Shown: piece after piece, positions 8,498 through 17,530 of the stretch
Position numbering within the stretch: position 1 is the first letter of the stretch
How the letters are laid out: every line of letters starts with the position of its first letter
Source: an uncultured bacterium
Lineage (GTDB): Bacteria; B130-G9
Length of the DNA stretch: 38,266 nt
Direction: 5' to 3'
NCBI GenBank assembly: GCA_965372715.1
Contig: CBDVDH010000037.1
Span: 1 to 38,266, forward strand
Program-made: the position numbers and the translations under genes
Notes under the pieces: model-generated
What the model was told of the DNA's origin: nothing
What the model saw: the letters and a program-made list of their open reading frames with translations, nothing else
Databases searched by the model: none

Positions 8498-8572
8498 TGG
8501 TTGGGGCGGGAGGATTTGAACCTCCACCTCGAGGTATAAAGCCCCGCGTCGTCCCAGTTCGACCACGCCCCT
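8498..8572 (-). tRNA. Non-canonical tRNA, anticodon UUA (ochre-reading), CCA encoded
   Basis: 75-nt cloverleaf: AGGGGCG TG GTCG AACTGGGA CGAC G CGGGG CTTTATA CCTCG AGGT GGAGG TTCAAAT CCTCC CGCCCCA A CCA; U8, A14, G18G19, U33, T-loop and A15-U48 intact. Confidence 0.85.
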
Positions 8573-8597
8573 GTACTTGCTGTCAACAATGAGCACG

Positions 8598-8625
8598 AAG
8601 ATAACATAGTGAGTCAGTCGGTCAA
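8598..8625 (-). promoter_or_regulatory. Sigma70-type promoter for tRNA-gatE unit
   Basis: Minus strand TTGACC-N16-TATCTT with extended -10 TG, 25 nt upstream of the tRNA. Confidence 0.55.
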
Positions 8626-8672
8626 TGGGGCAGATAGGGGAAATGGGGAGAAAGGGAAAGAAGGAGAGCAGT

Positions 8673-8780
8673 GTGGGGCGGGCTTTCCAGCCTGCCTTCC
8701 AGGTCCATCACGCATTCCTCAGACGCAACACACCGTTGTATAACACAATTCATTCGGCAGGCTGGAAGAGGCTGTCCCAT
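8673..8780. repeat. GTGG-type REP-like inverted pair
   Basis: GTGGGGCGGGCTTTCCAGCCTGCC ... GGCAGGCTGGAAGAGGCTGTCCCA; the same family recurs at 33069-33176. Confidence 0.65.
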
Positions 8781-8927
8781 AAGTCGGGGCATGGAGGTTT
8801 TTTCGTCCACTTGCACAAAAATGATATAAGAAATGCTGCCAATTGTCAAGATCAAAGTGGCCGTGTTCTGCCGTGTTCTATTGGATCGAAACGCCTGGAG
8901 TATGGCTCCCAACGGGCAGTGAGGTCT

Positions 8928-9034
8928 GTAGGGGCGGCGCTTGCCCCGCCCTTCATATCCGCCTTTGGCGAGACTGCGCCTGCCGGCGAGCGTTCGGTCA
9001 CATCAGAGGAGGGCGGAGCAAGCACCGCCACTAC
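8928..9034. repeat. GTAG-type REP-like inverted pair
   Basis: GTAGGGGCGGCGCTTGCCCCGCCC ... GGGCGGAGCAAGCACCGCCACTAC; related copies end at 27811 and 32479. Confidence 0.7.
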
Positions 9035-9198
9035 GATGCCCGACACCGACTTAAGGGACAGCCGCTGAAGCATGGAGTTAATGAGATTGTCTCCGATAGC
9101 TCAACCGCGTTGAAACGCGGTCGAGAGGTGCGCGGAACCAAGATCCAATGAGATTGATCCTCAGTCTCGAGCTAAATGCCACCGCAGTTCCGCCACCT

Positions 9199-9227
9199 TT
9201 GACTCTTTGCGAGCTTTGGGCTACGTT
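9199..9227 (+). promoter_or_regulatory. Sigma70-type promoter of rnpB
   Basis: TTGACT-N17-TACGTT immediately upstream of the RNase P RNA. Confidence 0.6.
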
Positions 9228-9239
9228 TAACCTTGCGCT

Positions 9240-9614
9240 GGAGCAGGGGAGGCGGTCGCTGGCGCGTTTAGCGCTGGAGGAAAGTCCGGACTCCGCAGGG
9301 CAGGGTGCTGGGTAACTCCCAGGGGGGGTGACCCCATGGAAAGTGCAACAGAGAGCAGACCGCGAACTCGCCTTGTTTGGCGAACGCAAGGGTGAAACGG
9401 TGAGGTAAGAGCTCACCAGCGGCTCGGGTGACCGGGCCGGCTAGGTAAACCCCGCTCGGAGCAAGACCAAATATGGGGGCGTTTGAGCGTGGCCCGCGCG
9501 AGCCCCCGGGTGGGTCGCACGAGGCGCCGGGGAACCGGCGTCCCAGATAAATGGCCGCTGCCCGCTGTGCGAGCAATCGCCCGCGGGAACAGAATCCGGC
9601 TTACCCCCTGCTCT
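9240..9614 (+). ncRNA. rnpB: RNase P RNA, bacterial type A
   Basis: GAGGAAAGTCCGGACTCC, GGAAAGTGCAACAGA, GGTGAAACGG, GGTAAACCCC..GGAGCAAG, AACAGAATCCGGCTTA; P1 pairing GAGCAGGGG/CCCCTGCTC. Confidence 0.97.
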
Positions 9615-9622
9615 GGCGCCTT

Positions 9623-11176
9623 TTAACGGACAGCAGCTGGCCTTCTGGGTCTGGCCACGCCCCCTTTTCTCCTCAGGTGGAAACCCTCCAAGTAAAGGTC
9701 TCCCACATCAACTCGGTTGTCCGAACGGTAAGAGAAGATCCCCAGATCAACGAGGTAGTTCAAGAGATGGCCGGGGCGCGTTTCGGGCGGGAGATTACGC
9801 TCTCCGGACCACTTGATTCCCTGTAATACGCCGAGAAACCTTTTTTGATCGCCCGGAACGAGAAGACCTTTCCCCTTGAAGCTCTCCCTGACTGTTCTTA
9901 TCCAAGGAAACTCCTCCTCGGCTAGCTCGTTGACTCGGTACTCCGATACCTTATCTAGGGCACCGCGAAGTGCCGTGTAGTGTATCAGGTTATTGGTGTT
10001 TTGCGCCTTTCTGTCCCTTACCTCGAATTCAGCGGCCTCCTCGACAAGACGGAGTAAAGAGCGCGGATAGATCCGCCCAAAACCGTCCTTGAGATGATTC
10101 GGCATCCAGGTCAGGGTGCGGCCCCTTCTGGGGTCCTTCCCCATGAATTCACCAAACATACGATTGACTACGAGCTTGTATCCTTCTTCTTCGGAGACCT
10201 GAGGGATTCTGCCCAAGTCTGCGTGGGAAGAAAACACGAGCTCATCGCACTTGATAGTCCTAAGCGGCAGGTTCATTTGCTTTGAGGCGGCTGGCTTGAG
10301 GTACTCAAAGAACAGTCGATCGTTCAGCAACCGCTTGAAAAGTACTCCATAGAATTCAGGTATGCTCCAAATCAATTCGGCCCTATTTGCTGCGATCTTC
10401 GCGATGTCCGGGCCGGACTGAGTAACCTTCCTGTATAGGTCTCGCCGCAAGAATATCTTCGGCCGTATGTTCCTTAGACGCCTCATGTATGCCCAGAAGT
10501 GAACCAACCCCTCAAGAACAGTCTCCAAGGATTCCCACTCTCCAGAGGTCATCCGATCGAGATAGTCATAGGAGACAAATGCGAAGTCGCCCTTTGCTCG
10601 AAGTGTCTCATCCAAACTATCAAGGGCTGAGTAGAGAGGCGCTAGGTTCTCGTCAATCTGTTGAACCAGCTTATTGAGGTCCCATTCTTTGCATAAGACT
10701 GCAGCAACCAATGAATCCGGGATAGCTGGCTTACGAATCAATTCATTCTCAACAAGAACTCTGAGAAGTAACCCAAGCCAGAACATCCGGAGATCAGCCG
10801 GCGTTTTCCCATCTGCGAACTGTGTGACAATCTCACCAGGAGGGAACGTCTTTTCGGCATCATCATATCCGACCAGCCATTTGGTCTTACGAATGTCCAA
10901 TGCAGATTGGTTCCTCTCTTTTGCCAGTTGCACCATTGCAGACCGCCCTGCGTCGTACTGCAAAGCTCGGAAAAGATGTGTCTTGCCAGAGCCCCTGTCC
11001 CCGATGATGAGTCGCACGTCAGGGTCGAGGACCCTGAAATGAGCCCGAATCGGCAAGAAGTTCTTGAGGAAAGCACTGCTATCTTCGGACTCACTTTCGG
11101 CCTGTCCTCGGCCACAGAGATCGAACAGCTTATGGAGGAGAGCCTGTCGTCGCTGATCACCCAGCCATCTACTCAT
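9623..11176 (-). CDS. P-loop NTPase, partner of KGGVGR ATPase
   Basis: Walker A IIGDRGSGKT, Walker B-like FVSYDYLDR, KIFLRRD; likely start MSRWLG overlapping the upstream stop. Confidence 0.8.
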   Translation of the reverse strand: MSRWLGDQRRQALLHKLFDLCGRGQAESESEDSSAFLKNFLPIRAHFRVLDPDVRLIIGDRGSGKTHLFRALQYDAGRSAMVQLAKERNQSALDIRKTKWLVGYDDAEKTFPPGEIVTQFADGKTPADLRMFWLGLLLRVLVENELIRKPAIPDSLVAAVLCKEWDLNKLVQQIDENLAPLYSALDSLDETLRAKGDFAFVSYDYLDRMTSGEWESLETVLEGLVHFWAYMRRLRNIRPKIFLRRDLYRKVTQSGPDIAKIAANRAELIWSIPEFYGVLFKRLLNDRLFFEYLKPAASKQMNLPLRTIKCDELVFSSHADLGRIPQVSEEEGYKLVVNRMFGEFMGKDPRRGRTLTWMPNHLKDGFGRIYPRSLLRLVEEAAEFEVRDRKAQNTNNLIHYTALRGALDKVSEYRVNELAEEEFPWIRTVRESFKGKGLLVPGDQKRFLGVLQGIKWSGERNLPPETRPGHLLNYLVDLGIFSYRSDNRVDVGDLYLEGFHLRRKGGVARPRRPAAVR

Positions 11177-12512
11177 CAAGCGTCCTCCCGACGCGCTCCA
11201 GAATAAGCCTCGCGAAGTCCCTGAAGTCACCCTCTGAAAGACGGTCTGCTATGTCTCGAATATGGTCAGCTTCCTTAACGATGGGGTCGAAACCTAGTGT
11301 GATCGGGTAATGCGGCTTGTCTGATGTATCTATTGAAGGTACGGGACGCCTCGTCTCACCCGTAGCCTCCTCCTTGTCATAATAGTTCGTGCTGAACAAC
11401 TCGTAGGAACGGTCGAGGAAACGCTCAAGTTGGTCATTGCGTTTCTTTCCCGGGGCAGGCGCCATGGCGAATATAAGGGCGCAATCGAGCTGTTTCTTGC
11501 CTCTCTCGATTAGGTCACGACCCAAGAAACGGACTATCAGTTCCATACCTCGCCAGCTCTGCTCGCTGCTTAGGCCGAACAGAACATCCAGGTGTGACAT
11601 TCCTGATAGCGCCAAGCCTCCTAAGTCATGGAATCCCGCTCGTGAGTCAATGAGGATGTAATCGACATTCCTTTCTGATCTAATATGTTTGAGAAGCTCC
11701 TTTAGAGGCAAGACCCCTGGTCTTTCCCCGGGCATAGGGGCATAGAGCGCCTCGTAGTCAATGCGAGCGAGCTTTTCGAGGTAGTTGTGATCAAGCTTGC
11801 CCGCTGGGACAACCGTGATTGGGGGGCCGTCGGCAACCAGCATCGGGTCGTCAACTAGGTGATAGTAATCGGCGATGTCCATGCTCCCTTTCGAGCCAAG
11901 AATGCAGCATTCTAGAAGATAATCGACAACACCATATTCAGCGACCTGACCGTCCGCGCCCGGCAGCAACGATGAAAGACCAGGCGCCTCAAGATCAAGA
12001 TCAATGACCGCGACTTTCTTACCGCTGCGAGCGAGTTGGATTGCAAGAGAGACCAAGGCGGTAGTGCGCCCTACGCCACCTTTGAAGGAGTAAAAGGACA
12101 AAACTGGCGGGGTTTGCTTCTTGAGAGGCCATGGTTCGTCCAGGACGGGATTGAACCAGGATGCCTTCGAGATGTGGCGGTCAAGAACCTTGATCTCAGG
12201 CGGGCCGGAATCAACGGACTTCGCAGATTCCCATGCTCGCTCGTAAACGGCCTCTTCGGCCTTGGATGAGTCCTCAGACCATACCCATATCTCGTCCTTC
12301 CAGAAGGGGCCGGCGGCGTCTTGGAGAATCCCCTCGACTGTCGCTTTAGCGTTCTCAACATCGCCCTTCTCATCGACCTTCAGCAGAGCTCGCAGAATGC
12401 CCTTGATGTCCCATATAAGGCAGACACGCGATACGCCATTGCCAGTCAAATCGGACTTCTTCCGGAGAACCCCATTCTGAACATCCCGCCGGGCCTCACT
12501 GAAATGCTTCAT
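11169..12512 (-). CDS. ParA/MinD-like ATPase, KGGVGR variant
   Basis: SFYSFKGGVGRTT, VIDLDLEAPGL, ILIDSRAG; ATGA overlap with the upstream gene. Confidence 0.85.
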   Translation of the reverse strand: MKHFSEARRDVQNGVLRKKSDLTGNGVSRVCLIWDIKGILRALLKVDEKGDVENAKATVEGILQDAAGPFWKDEIWVWSEDSSKAEEAVYERAWESAKSVDSGPPEIKVLDRHISKASWFNPVLDEPWPLKKQTPPVLSFYSFKGGVGRTTALVSLAIQLARSGKKVAVIDLDLEAPGLSSLLPGADGQVAEYGVVDYLLECCILGSKGSMDIADYYHLVDDPMLVADGPPITVVPAGKLDHNYLEKLARIDYEALYAPMPGERPGVLPLKELLKHIRSERNVDYILIDSRAGFHDLGGLALSGMSHLDVLFGLSSEQSWRGMELIVRFLGRDLIERGKKQLDCALIFAMAPAPGKKRNDQLERFLDRSYELFSTNYYDKEEATGETRRPVPSIDTSDKPHYPITLGFDPIVKEADHIRDIADRLSEGDFRDFARLILERVGRTLDE

Positions 12513-12931
12513 TTTACTATCTCCACCCGGCCGTCCAAGATCATAGGGATCAAAAGCCGTTCGAATGACATTCTGGCCGCTCGGCCGAACTCCTTTGCCT
12601 TAGCATCCGACATATCACCAGTCTTAGTGTATCTCAAATCCGGCCCCCAGCCATGACAAGCCCCAAGCATCTCGTCCATCGTGTCGATATGATAACGTCG
12701 CATCGCGGGTGAAAGCAAGACTGCCAGGTCAAGAGCCTTGCCAGCCAGAGTAGGCAATTCGTGGCCGTATTCTCTTGGTTGTCCTCCCCCCCCGTAAAGC
12801 ACAAGCGCTTTCAAGCCGCATTCGACCGCATAACCAGCCAAGTAAGCAGCGTTGTCGAATCTCTGGTCGGCAAGCAATAGCTCTGCGTCACAATAGTGAC
12901 GAGCAGCCGCAGACCCGAAGTCTTCATTCAT
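12509..12931 (-). CDS. HEPN-like domain protein
   Basis: 'AARHYCDAELLL...AAYLAGYAVECGLKAL...GHEL...W...LRY' follows the HEPN helical pattern. Confidence 0.7.
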   Translation of the reverse strand: MNEDFGSAAARHYCDAELLLADQRFDNAAYLAGYAVECGLKALVLYGGGGQPREYGHELPTLAGKALDLAVLLSPAMRRYHIDTMDEMLGACHGWGPDLRYTKTGDMSDAKAKEFGRAARMSFERLLIPMILDGRVEIVK

Positions 12932-12963
12932 GGGAGCGAACTTCCTGCACTATGCCACTCTGC

Positions 12964-13536
12964 CTACGCCGGGCTTTGCGAGGTGATCCTAAGGCGAGTC
13001 TCGCCGGTTGTGTAGGCGTCCTCGCCGTTGCCGAACTTGCCCTCGAGGCGGATTTTGAGAACGCCCTCCACGGTGCCACCCTCGGCATCGACTATCGTCG
13101 CTATTTGCGGCTTCAGGACCGATGGTACTGCCACGACCGTGAGCGACGTTGCCGTGTCGGCCGTTGAGGCGGGTATCTCCTCATACATGCTTCTCTCGAA
13201 TGTGAACGGAGGGTAATCGGGCAGCGAAATCTCGACCAGATACCTCGTCACGATCACATTGTAGGACGGATCGATGTCGCCGTCCGTGCCGACATAGTAA
13301 TCGGGATATCTGTTGACCACATAGACTATCGCACTGTCGTCTGTGCCGAGATCGTTCGCGTTGACGCTTGACTCGACGTAGGGCGAACCTGTCATCGACT
13401 CGATGGCCGTTATTTGAAGCCCCCAGACCGTTGATTCGGAGTCATCTCCGCTGTCGCCGCCGCGCCTGGAGCAGCCAGGAACGACCAGCGCCCCGGCGAG
13501 AAGCAAGAGTGTTAGGATTAAGATAAGTCTTCGCAT
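12964..13536 (-). CDS. Lipoprotein of unknown function, last gene of T2SS cluster
   Basis: MRR + hydrophobic stretch + VVPGC lipobox; beta-rich body; starts 16 nt after the gspD stop. Confidence 0.7.
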   Translation of the reverse strand: MRRLILILTLLLLAGALVVPGCSRRGGDSGDDSESTVWGLQITAIESMTGSPYVESSVNANDLGTDDSAIVYVVNRYPDYYVGTDGDIDPSYNVIVTRYLVEISLPDYPPFTFERSMYEEIPASTADTATSLTVVAVPSVLKPQIATIVDAEGGTVEGVLKIRLEGKFGNGEDAYTTGETRLRITSQSPA

Positions 13537-13552
13537 TTATGCCTCCATCAGC

Positions 13553-16045
13553 CTATTCATCTGTCTCTGTCTTGTCTTTTGATTTGGATTCTCCCGAGGC
13601 GCCGGTGGCCGACTCAGTTTGGCCGCCCTCGGACTCCGTCGTCTCTTCTTCCTCAGTTCCTTGTTGCTCCCAGAAAGCGCCGTGGCGCTTGCGGATCTCC
13701 TTGAACAGCTCTCCCATGTTCGCCTCGAGATCATCGATCACTGCCTGGGCGTCTTCCGGAGTATCTATGATCGTGGGCGTGATCAGAATGAGAAGCTCCG
13801 TGTTGGTCTCGATGATCGAGGTGGATGAGAAGAGGTGCCCGACCCAGGGGATGTCCATCAAAAGCGGAATGCCTTCCTTAGCTGTGTTGATATTCTTCTT
13901 TATTAGGCCACCAATGAGAAGAGTCTCTCTATCACCCATGAAGACCGTTGTTTGGACTTCACGGCGATTAACAATCGGCGAATCGGAGCCGCCGATCTTG
14001 TTAGTCTGGGCGTCAGACACGGTCTGGTTTATCTCAAGTTTGATCCTTCTCTTCTCGTTGACGTGGGGCTTCACGTCCAAAATGATGCCGGTGTCCTTGT
14101 ATTGGATCGTTCGCCGGACGTCGAAGTTTGCCACGGTACTTGTGCCGCTCGAGGTCTCGCTGGTTACGATCGGCACATCCTTGCCAACGTAGATCTTTGC
14201 CTCATGATTGTTCGAGGCGATAATCCTGGGCGTCGAGAGCACGTTGAGCTTGGATTGGCTGGCATAAGCGTTCAAGAGGCCTCTGAACCTCTCGGCATCG
14301 ACGACGCTCAGCACGAACCCGCTGCCCGATGGCACACCGAGGGCCTGAGCGATATCTGAGAACACGTTGAACTCCTCGCCCGCGACGTTCGCACTGCCCT
14401 TGCCCTTAAGGGCCCACTCAAGGCCAAACTGCGTCGTCTTATCCAGCGTCAACTCGGCGATGAGAACCTCGATCAGGACCTGCTTCGGACGTATGTCGAG
14501 CGCCTCGATCGTTCGCTCGATCTCCGGGTAGTTGATGGGGTCCGTCATGATAATGAGCGCGTTGGTGTACTCGTCCGCCACAATGTTGACCTCACCGATT
14601 ACTGAGCCTGTGTCGAATGTCTTGCCCTTGCTTCCGCGTTCGCGGACTTTGCTACCGAAGGGCGTCTTCTGCTTAGAAGTTGCGCGCGAACCCGTGGATT
14701 TGCTCTTGCCCTTGGAATAGAGGCTGCTCAGAAGTGACGCCATCGACTTAGCCTCGGCGTTCTCGAGGTAATAGACGTAGGTTTTCTCGGCCCCATAGAC
14801 ATCGACGTCCACCATCTCAATGACCGTTTCTATCGCCTCAAGAGCGGCTTTTCTGCCCAGAACGATGAGCGAGTTGGAGCGCTTATCGGTTATGATGACC
14901 GGCTTCTCGCCCAATCCACCCAATGAGCCCGACGTGCTGAGAGAATCTGATTTCTTGCTTCTGGACGTCGTGCGCTTGCTTCGGGTCTTCGACCTCGCAG
15001 CTGCGCTTGTCTTCCGGCTCTTGGCGGAGAAGAGCTTATCGAGAATCGAGGCAATCTCTCCGGCATCCGCATACCGAACTGGATAGACCTTCAGCTCTTC
15101 GGTCGCCGTTGGGACGTCGAGCAGCTTTACGAAAGTCATCACACGCTTAATGTTCGAGGCGAGATCGGTGATGATGAGAAGCATCGTCTCGTCGTTTGCG
15201 AGCTCGAACGATACTCCCGATAGAAACGGCTTCACGAGCCTCAAGAGCCCCGAAGGCAGAATGTGTTCCGTCGGGATCACCTGCGTCACTAGAATGTCCT
15301 CGAGCTCCAGATGATCGCCCGCGCGACCCACGTAGGTGTCGATAGGGAGCTGCCTGGCGTTCGGAAGCGGGACGATCTTGTAAAAGTCGCGACCCGAATC
15401 CACCATCGTAAGGCCGTTCATCGTGAGTATCGACTGAAGAATGAACCACAAGTTGTCCGGCCTGACCGGGCGCCAGAAACGCGTGGTTATCTTCTTGGTC
15501 TTGACGGCCGGATCGACGATGTAGTTGAAGGTGCCGCGCTCGGGCATGATCTTGATGAACGTCTCGAGGACCGCCTCGATCGGGGCATCCTCGAGCGTCA
15601 AATATGGCCAGGTCTCCCTCTCCTCAATCTTCTCAGGCAGCAGACCGCTAGGAGGCCTGCTCTGCGTCGTGAACAGGAGCTTGTCGCCCGACGCTTCGTA
15701 CTCTTCGAGCTTGGCTCTTTCGTCCGCAACCTCGGCCTCAGCCGCCGCTTCTGTTGCTATAGTTGATGTTGAAGGCCCCGCATCGGATACCTCTCGCTCC
15801 TCATCCGGTGCTCCGGCCGAAACGTGCTCCTTGGCAGCCTCCTCTGCCATGAGATTGGCTGCCCTCGATGCCTCATCAGAATCCGACGTGGGCTGTTCCG
15901 ACTCAGGAGCAGCCGGACCGCCCGTGAACGCCTCTTGCCTGAAAACGGATGCACAACTGCTCAAGAAAACTGCGGACAAGAGCAAAACGAGACACAACCC
16001 GAGCCTTTCGAGGCGTCGGGACAATAAAGATTGCTTATTCCACAT
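13553..16045 (-). CDS. gspD: Type II secretion secretin GspD
   Basis: N-domain repeats (YADAGEIASIL, DKRSNSLIV, DEYTNALII), QVLIEVLIAE, LNVLSTPRI, IQYKDTGIILDVKP, GIPLLMDIPWVGHLF, TELLILITP; lipobox LSSC. Start uncertain: 16045, or 16207 via a TAATG overlap. Confidence 0.92.
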   Translation of the reverse strand: MWNKQSLLSRRLERLGLCLVLLLSAVFLSSCASVFRQEAFTGGPAAPESEQPTSDSDEASRAANLMAEEAAKEHVSAGAPDEEREVSDAGPSTSTIATEAAAEAEVADERAKLEEYEASGDKLLFTTQSRPPSGLLPEKIEERETWPYLTLEDAPIEAVLETFIKIMPERGTFNYIVDPAVKTKKITTRFWRPVRPDNLWFILQSILTMNGLTMVDSGRDFYKIVPLPNARQLPIDTYVGRAGDHLELEDILVTQVIPTEHILPSGLLRLVKPFLSGVSFELANDETMLLIITDLASNIKRVMTFVKLLDVPTATEELKVYPVRYADAGEIASILDKLFSAKSRKTSAAARSKTRSKRTTSRSKKSDSLSTSGSLGGLGEKPVIITDKRSNSLIVLGRKAALEAIETVIEMVDVDVYGAEKTYVYYLENAEAKSMASLLSSLYSKGKSKSTGSRATSKQKTPFGSKVRERGSKGKTFDTGSVIGEVNIVADEYTNALIIMTDPINYPEIERTIEALDIRPKQVLIEVLIAELTLDKTTQFGLEWALKGKGSANVAGEEFNVFSDIAQALGVPSGSGFVLSVVDAERFRGLLNAYASQSKLNVLSTPRIIASNNHEAKIYVGKDVPIVTSETSSGTSTVANFDVRRTIQYKDTGIILDVKPHVNEKRRIKLEINQTVSDAQTNKIGGSDSPIVNRREVQTTVFMGDRETLLIGGLIKKNINTAKEGIPLLMDIPWVGHLFSSTSIIETNTELLILITPTIIDTPEDAQAVIDDLEANMGELFKEIRKRHGAFWEQQGTEEEETTESEGGQTESATGASGESKSKDKTETDE

Positions 16046-16206
16046 ATTCACCCCCTGGGGTCCGTTTATTCGCACAACAAGATCGCAAGTGTCTTTGGTC
16101 CATATATCGACAGACGCTCGGGTCTGCCATTGTCTGTATCGTGCCATCTCCCGTGACTCGTGATGACGACGGGAGAAATCACATCTCCGATACGTTGAGG
16201 TGCTCA

Positions 16207-16959
16207 TTATTCCTTTTTGCCTGCCTTCTTCAGAGCATCGAGAAAGCGCTGCGTCGCCTCGTCTTTATCAGGCGGCGATGGCGGCAGCCTTTTTGAATCC
16301 AGCATCCTTGTCGGATGTTTCTCTCTTTTGTCCTTTCCTTCTTCCTCTTCGGTCTGCTCTGGGATCTCTGACTTCAATACAGCCACTTCAAAGGTTTCCT
16401 CGCCATTGGAGAAAACGACAAGTGTGTGCCGTATTTCGGCCACATACCATCCATCCTTGACCTCCTCGCCCTCTCGATAGGACCTTGCCTTAAGTAGGTC
16501 GCTTGGGGTGGGCGCGGGCGTGGGCGTCCTCTTCGTCCTGCGTCGAGATCGCCTCCGGGACAGCTTTTTAGGCCTTTTGGGCACGGCCTTCTTGACGGGC
16601 TTTTCGGCGATTATCGCATACTTGACTCTATCTGAGAGAATCATAATCCCGATTACGTCGAGATTGGGCCTGCCCTTATTGCTCGCCTCGTCCCCCGGCG
16701 TCTCGGTTGGCGAGGGTTCAGGCGGGAAGTAACGCTTCCTATCGGGCCTGAAGAGGTCGCGATCAACCATCAATTCGTAGCCCGATCCGGCCTCCATCTT
16801 CTCAAACGAGTATTCGTCCCGCGAGATGCGCTTCGGAGCAGCAGGATTGGCTTTGGCCTCCGTGCCGAGCGGGCCCTGCCATATCTCGGCCAGCCAAAGC
16901 GCTGCCAGAACAGCCGCAACGGAAAGAGAAAGATTTATTACGAAAAGCTTCCGAAACAT
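16207..16959 (-). CDS. T2SS GspC-like protein
   Basis: N-terminal TM, 'RDLFRPDR', 'LDVIGIMI...YAII', 'YREGEEV..GWYVAEI...VVF'; lies between gspM and gspD. Confidence 0.65.
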   Translation of the reverse strand: MFRKLFVINLSLSVAAVLAALWLAEIWQGPLGTEAKANPAAPKRISRDEYSFEKMEAGSGYELMVDRDLFRPDRKRYFPPEPSPTETPGDEASNKGRPNLDVIGIMILSDRVKYAIIAEKPVKKAVPKRPKKLSRRRSRRRTKRTPTPAPTPSDLLKARSYREGEEVKDGWYVAEIRHTLVVFSNGEETFEVAVLKSEIPEQTEEEEGKDKREKHPTRMLDSKRLPPSPPDKDEATQRFLDALKKAGKKE

Positions 16960-16972
16960 TTCCCCAATATCC

Positions 16973-17530
16973 CTAGGGCAGTCCCTTCAGAACGAAACCT
17001 GCGACCACTATTTCGATGAAGACCTTCTTTGGGTCGCGCTGGTTCTCAGGTCTGAGCTCCAGCTTGGTCACCAGAAGCAACATACGGTCGTTCATGACCT
17101 TGGAAAGGAAATCCTCAAACTCCGAAAGGGAACCCGTCGCACTCAACTCGACAGGAACGCAGAGGAATCCGCCTCGCTCCTCGCTCTTCAGTATCTTCTT
17201 GCTGCGTGTCTTGAGCTTCGATTGTTGAAGGAAACCGTCGAGCGTCTGCTGGAGCTTCGCGCCCGCAACGTTGGGATTCCTGGCGTGAATGAGGCTGGCT
17301 TCGAGGCCGGCGCCGATCCTCTTCAGCTCGTTCAACTCGTAATCCAGGGCCGCTCGCTGCGAGATAGCCCGCACACTTTTTTCATACCGGAATTGAAGGT
17401 CCTCGATCTTTTCTGTTAGCTCCTGGCTGTATGTAAAAAGGGGCCCGATAGCGAACTTGAGCAAAAGAAATAGCCCAACAGCCGCAGCCCCGATGATGAG
17501 TATTTTCCGGTCCCGGTCGCTCAGCTTCAT
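16973..17530 (-). CDS. gspM: T2SS GspM/PilO-like protein
   Basis: 'KLSDRDRKILIIG' + TM + coiled coil + ferredoxin-like C-terminus; ATGA overlap with gspL. Confidence 0.75.
   Translation of the reverse strand: MKLSDRDRKILIIGAAAVGLFLLLKFAIGPLFTYSQELTEKIEDLQFRYEKSVRAISQRAALDYELNELKRIGAGLEASLIHARNPNVAGAKLQQTLDGFLQQSKLKTRSKKILKSEERGGFLCVPVELSATGSLSEFEDFLSKVMNDRMLLLVTKLELRPENQRDPKKVFIEIVVAGFVLKGLP

Noticed and set aside
8498-8572. tRNA as a decayed integration-site remnant or an ordinary tRNA-Gln/fMet
   Set aside because: It is full length with a promoter, there is no integrase or duplicated 3' end nearby, and the loop differs from Gln (UUG + purine 37) at two positions and from fMet at more. A pseudogene cannot be fully excluded.
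8622-9576. Short ORFs between the tRNA and the end of rnpB
   Set aside because: They overlap REP palindromes and the RNase P RNA and show no recognisable domains.
9600-12964. rnpB used as an attachment site for the HEPN/ATPase cassette
   Set aside because: No copy of the rnpB 3' end found at the other boundary and no recombinase gene in the window.
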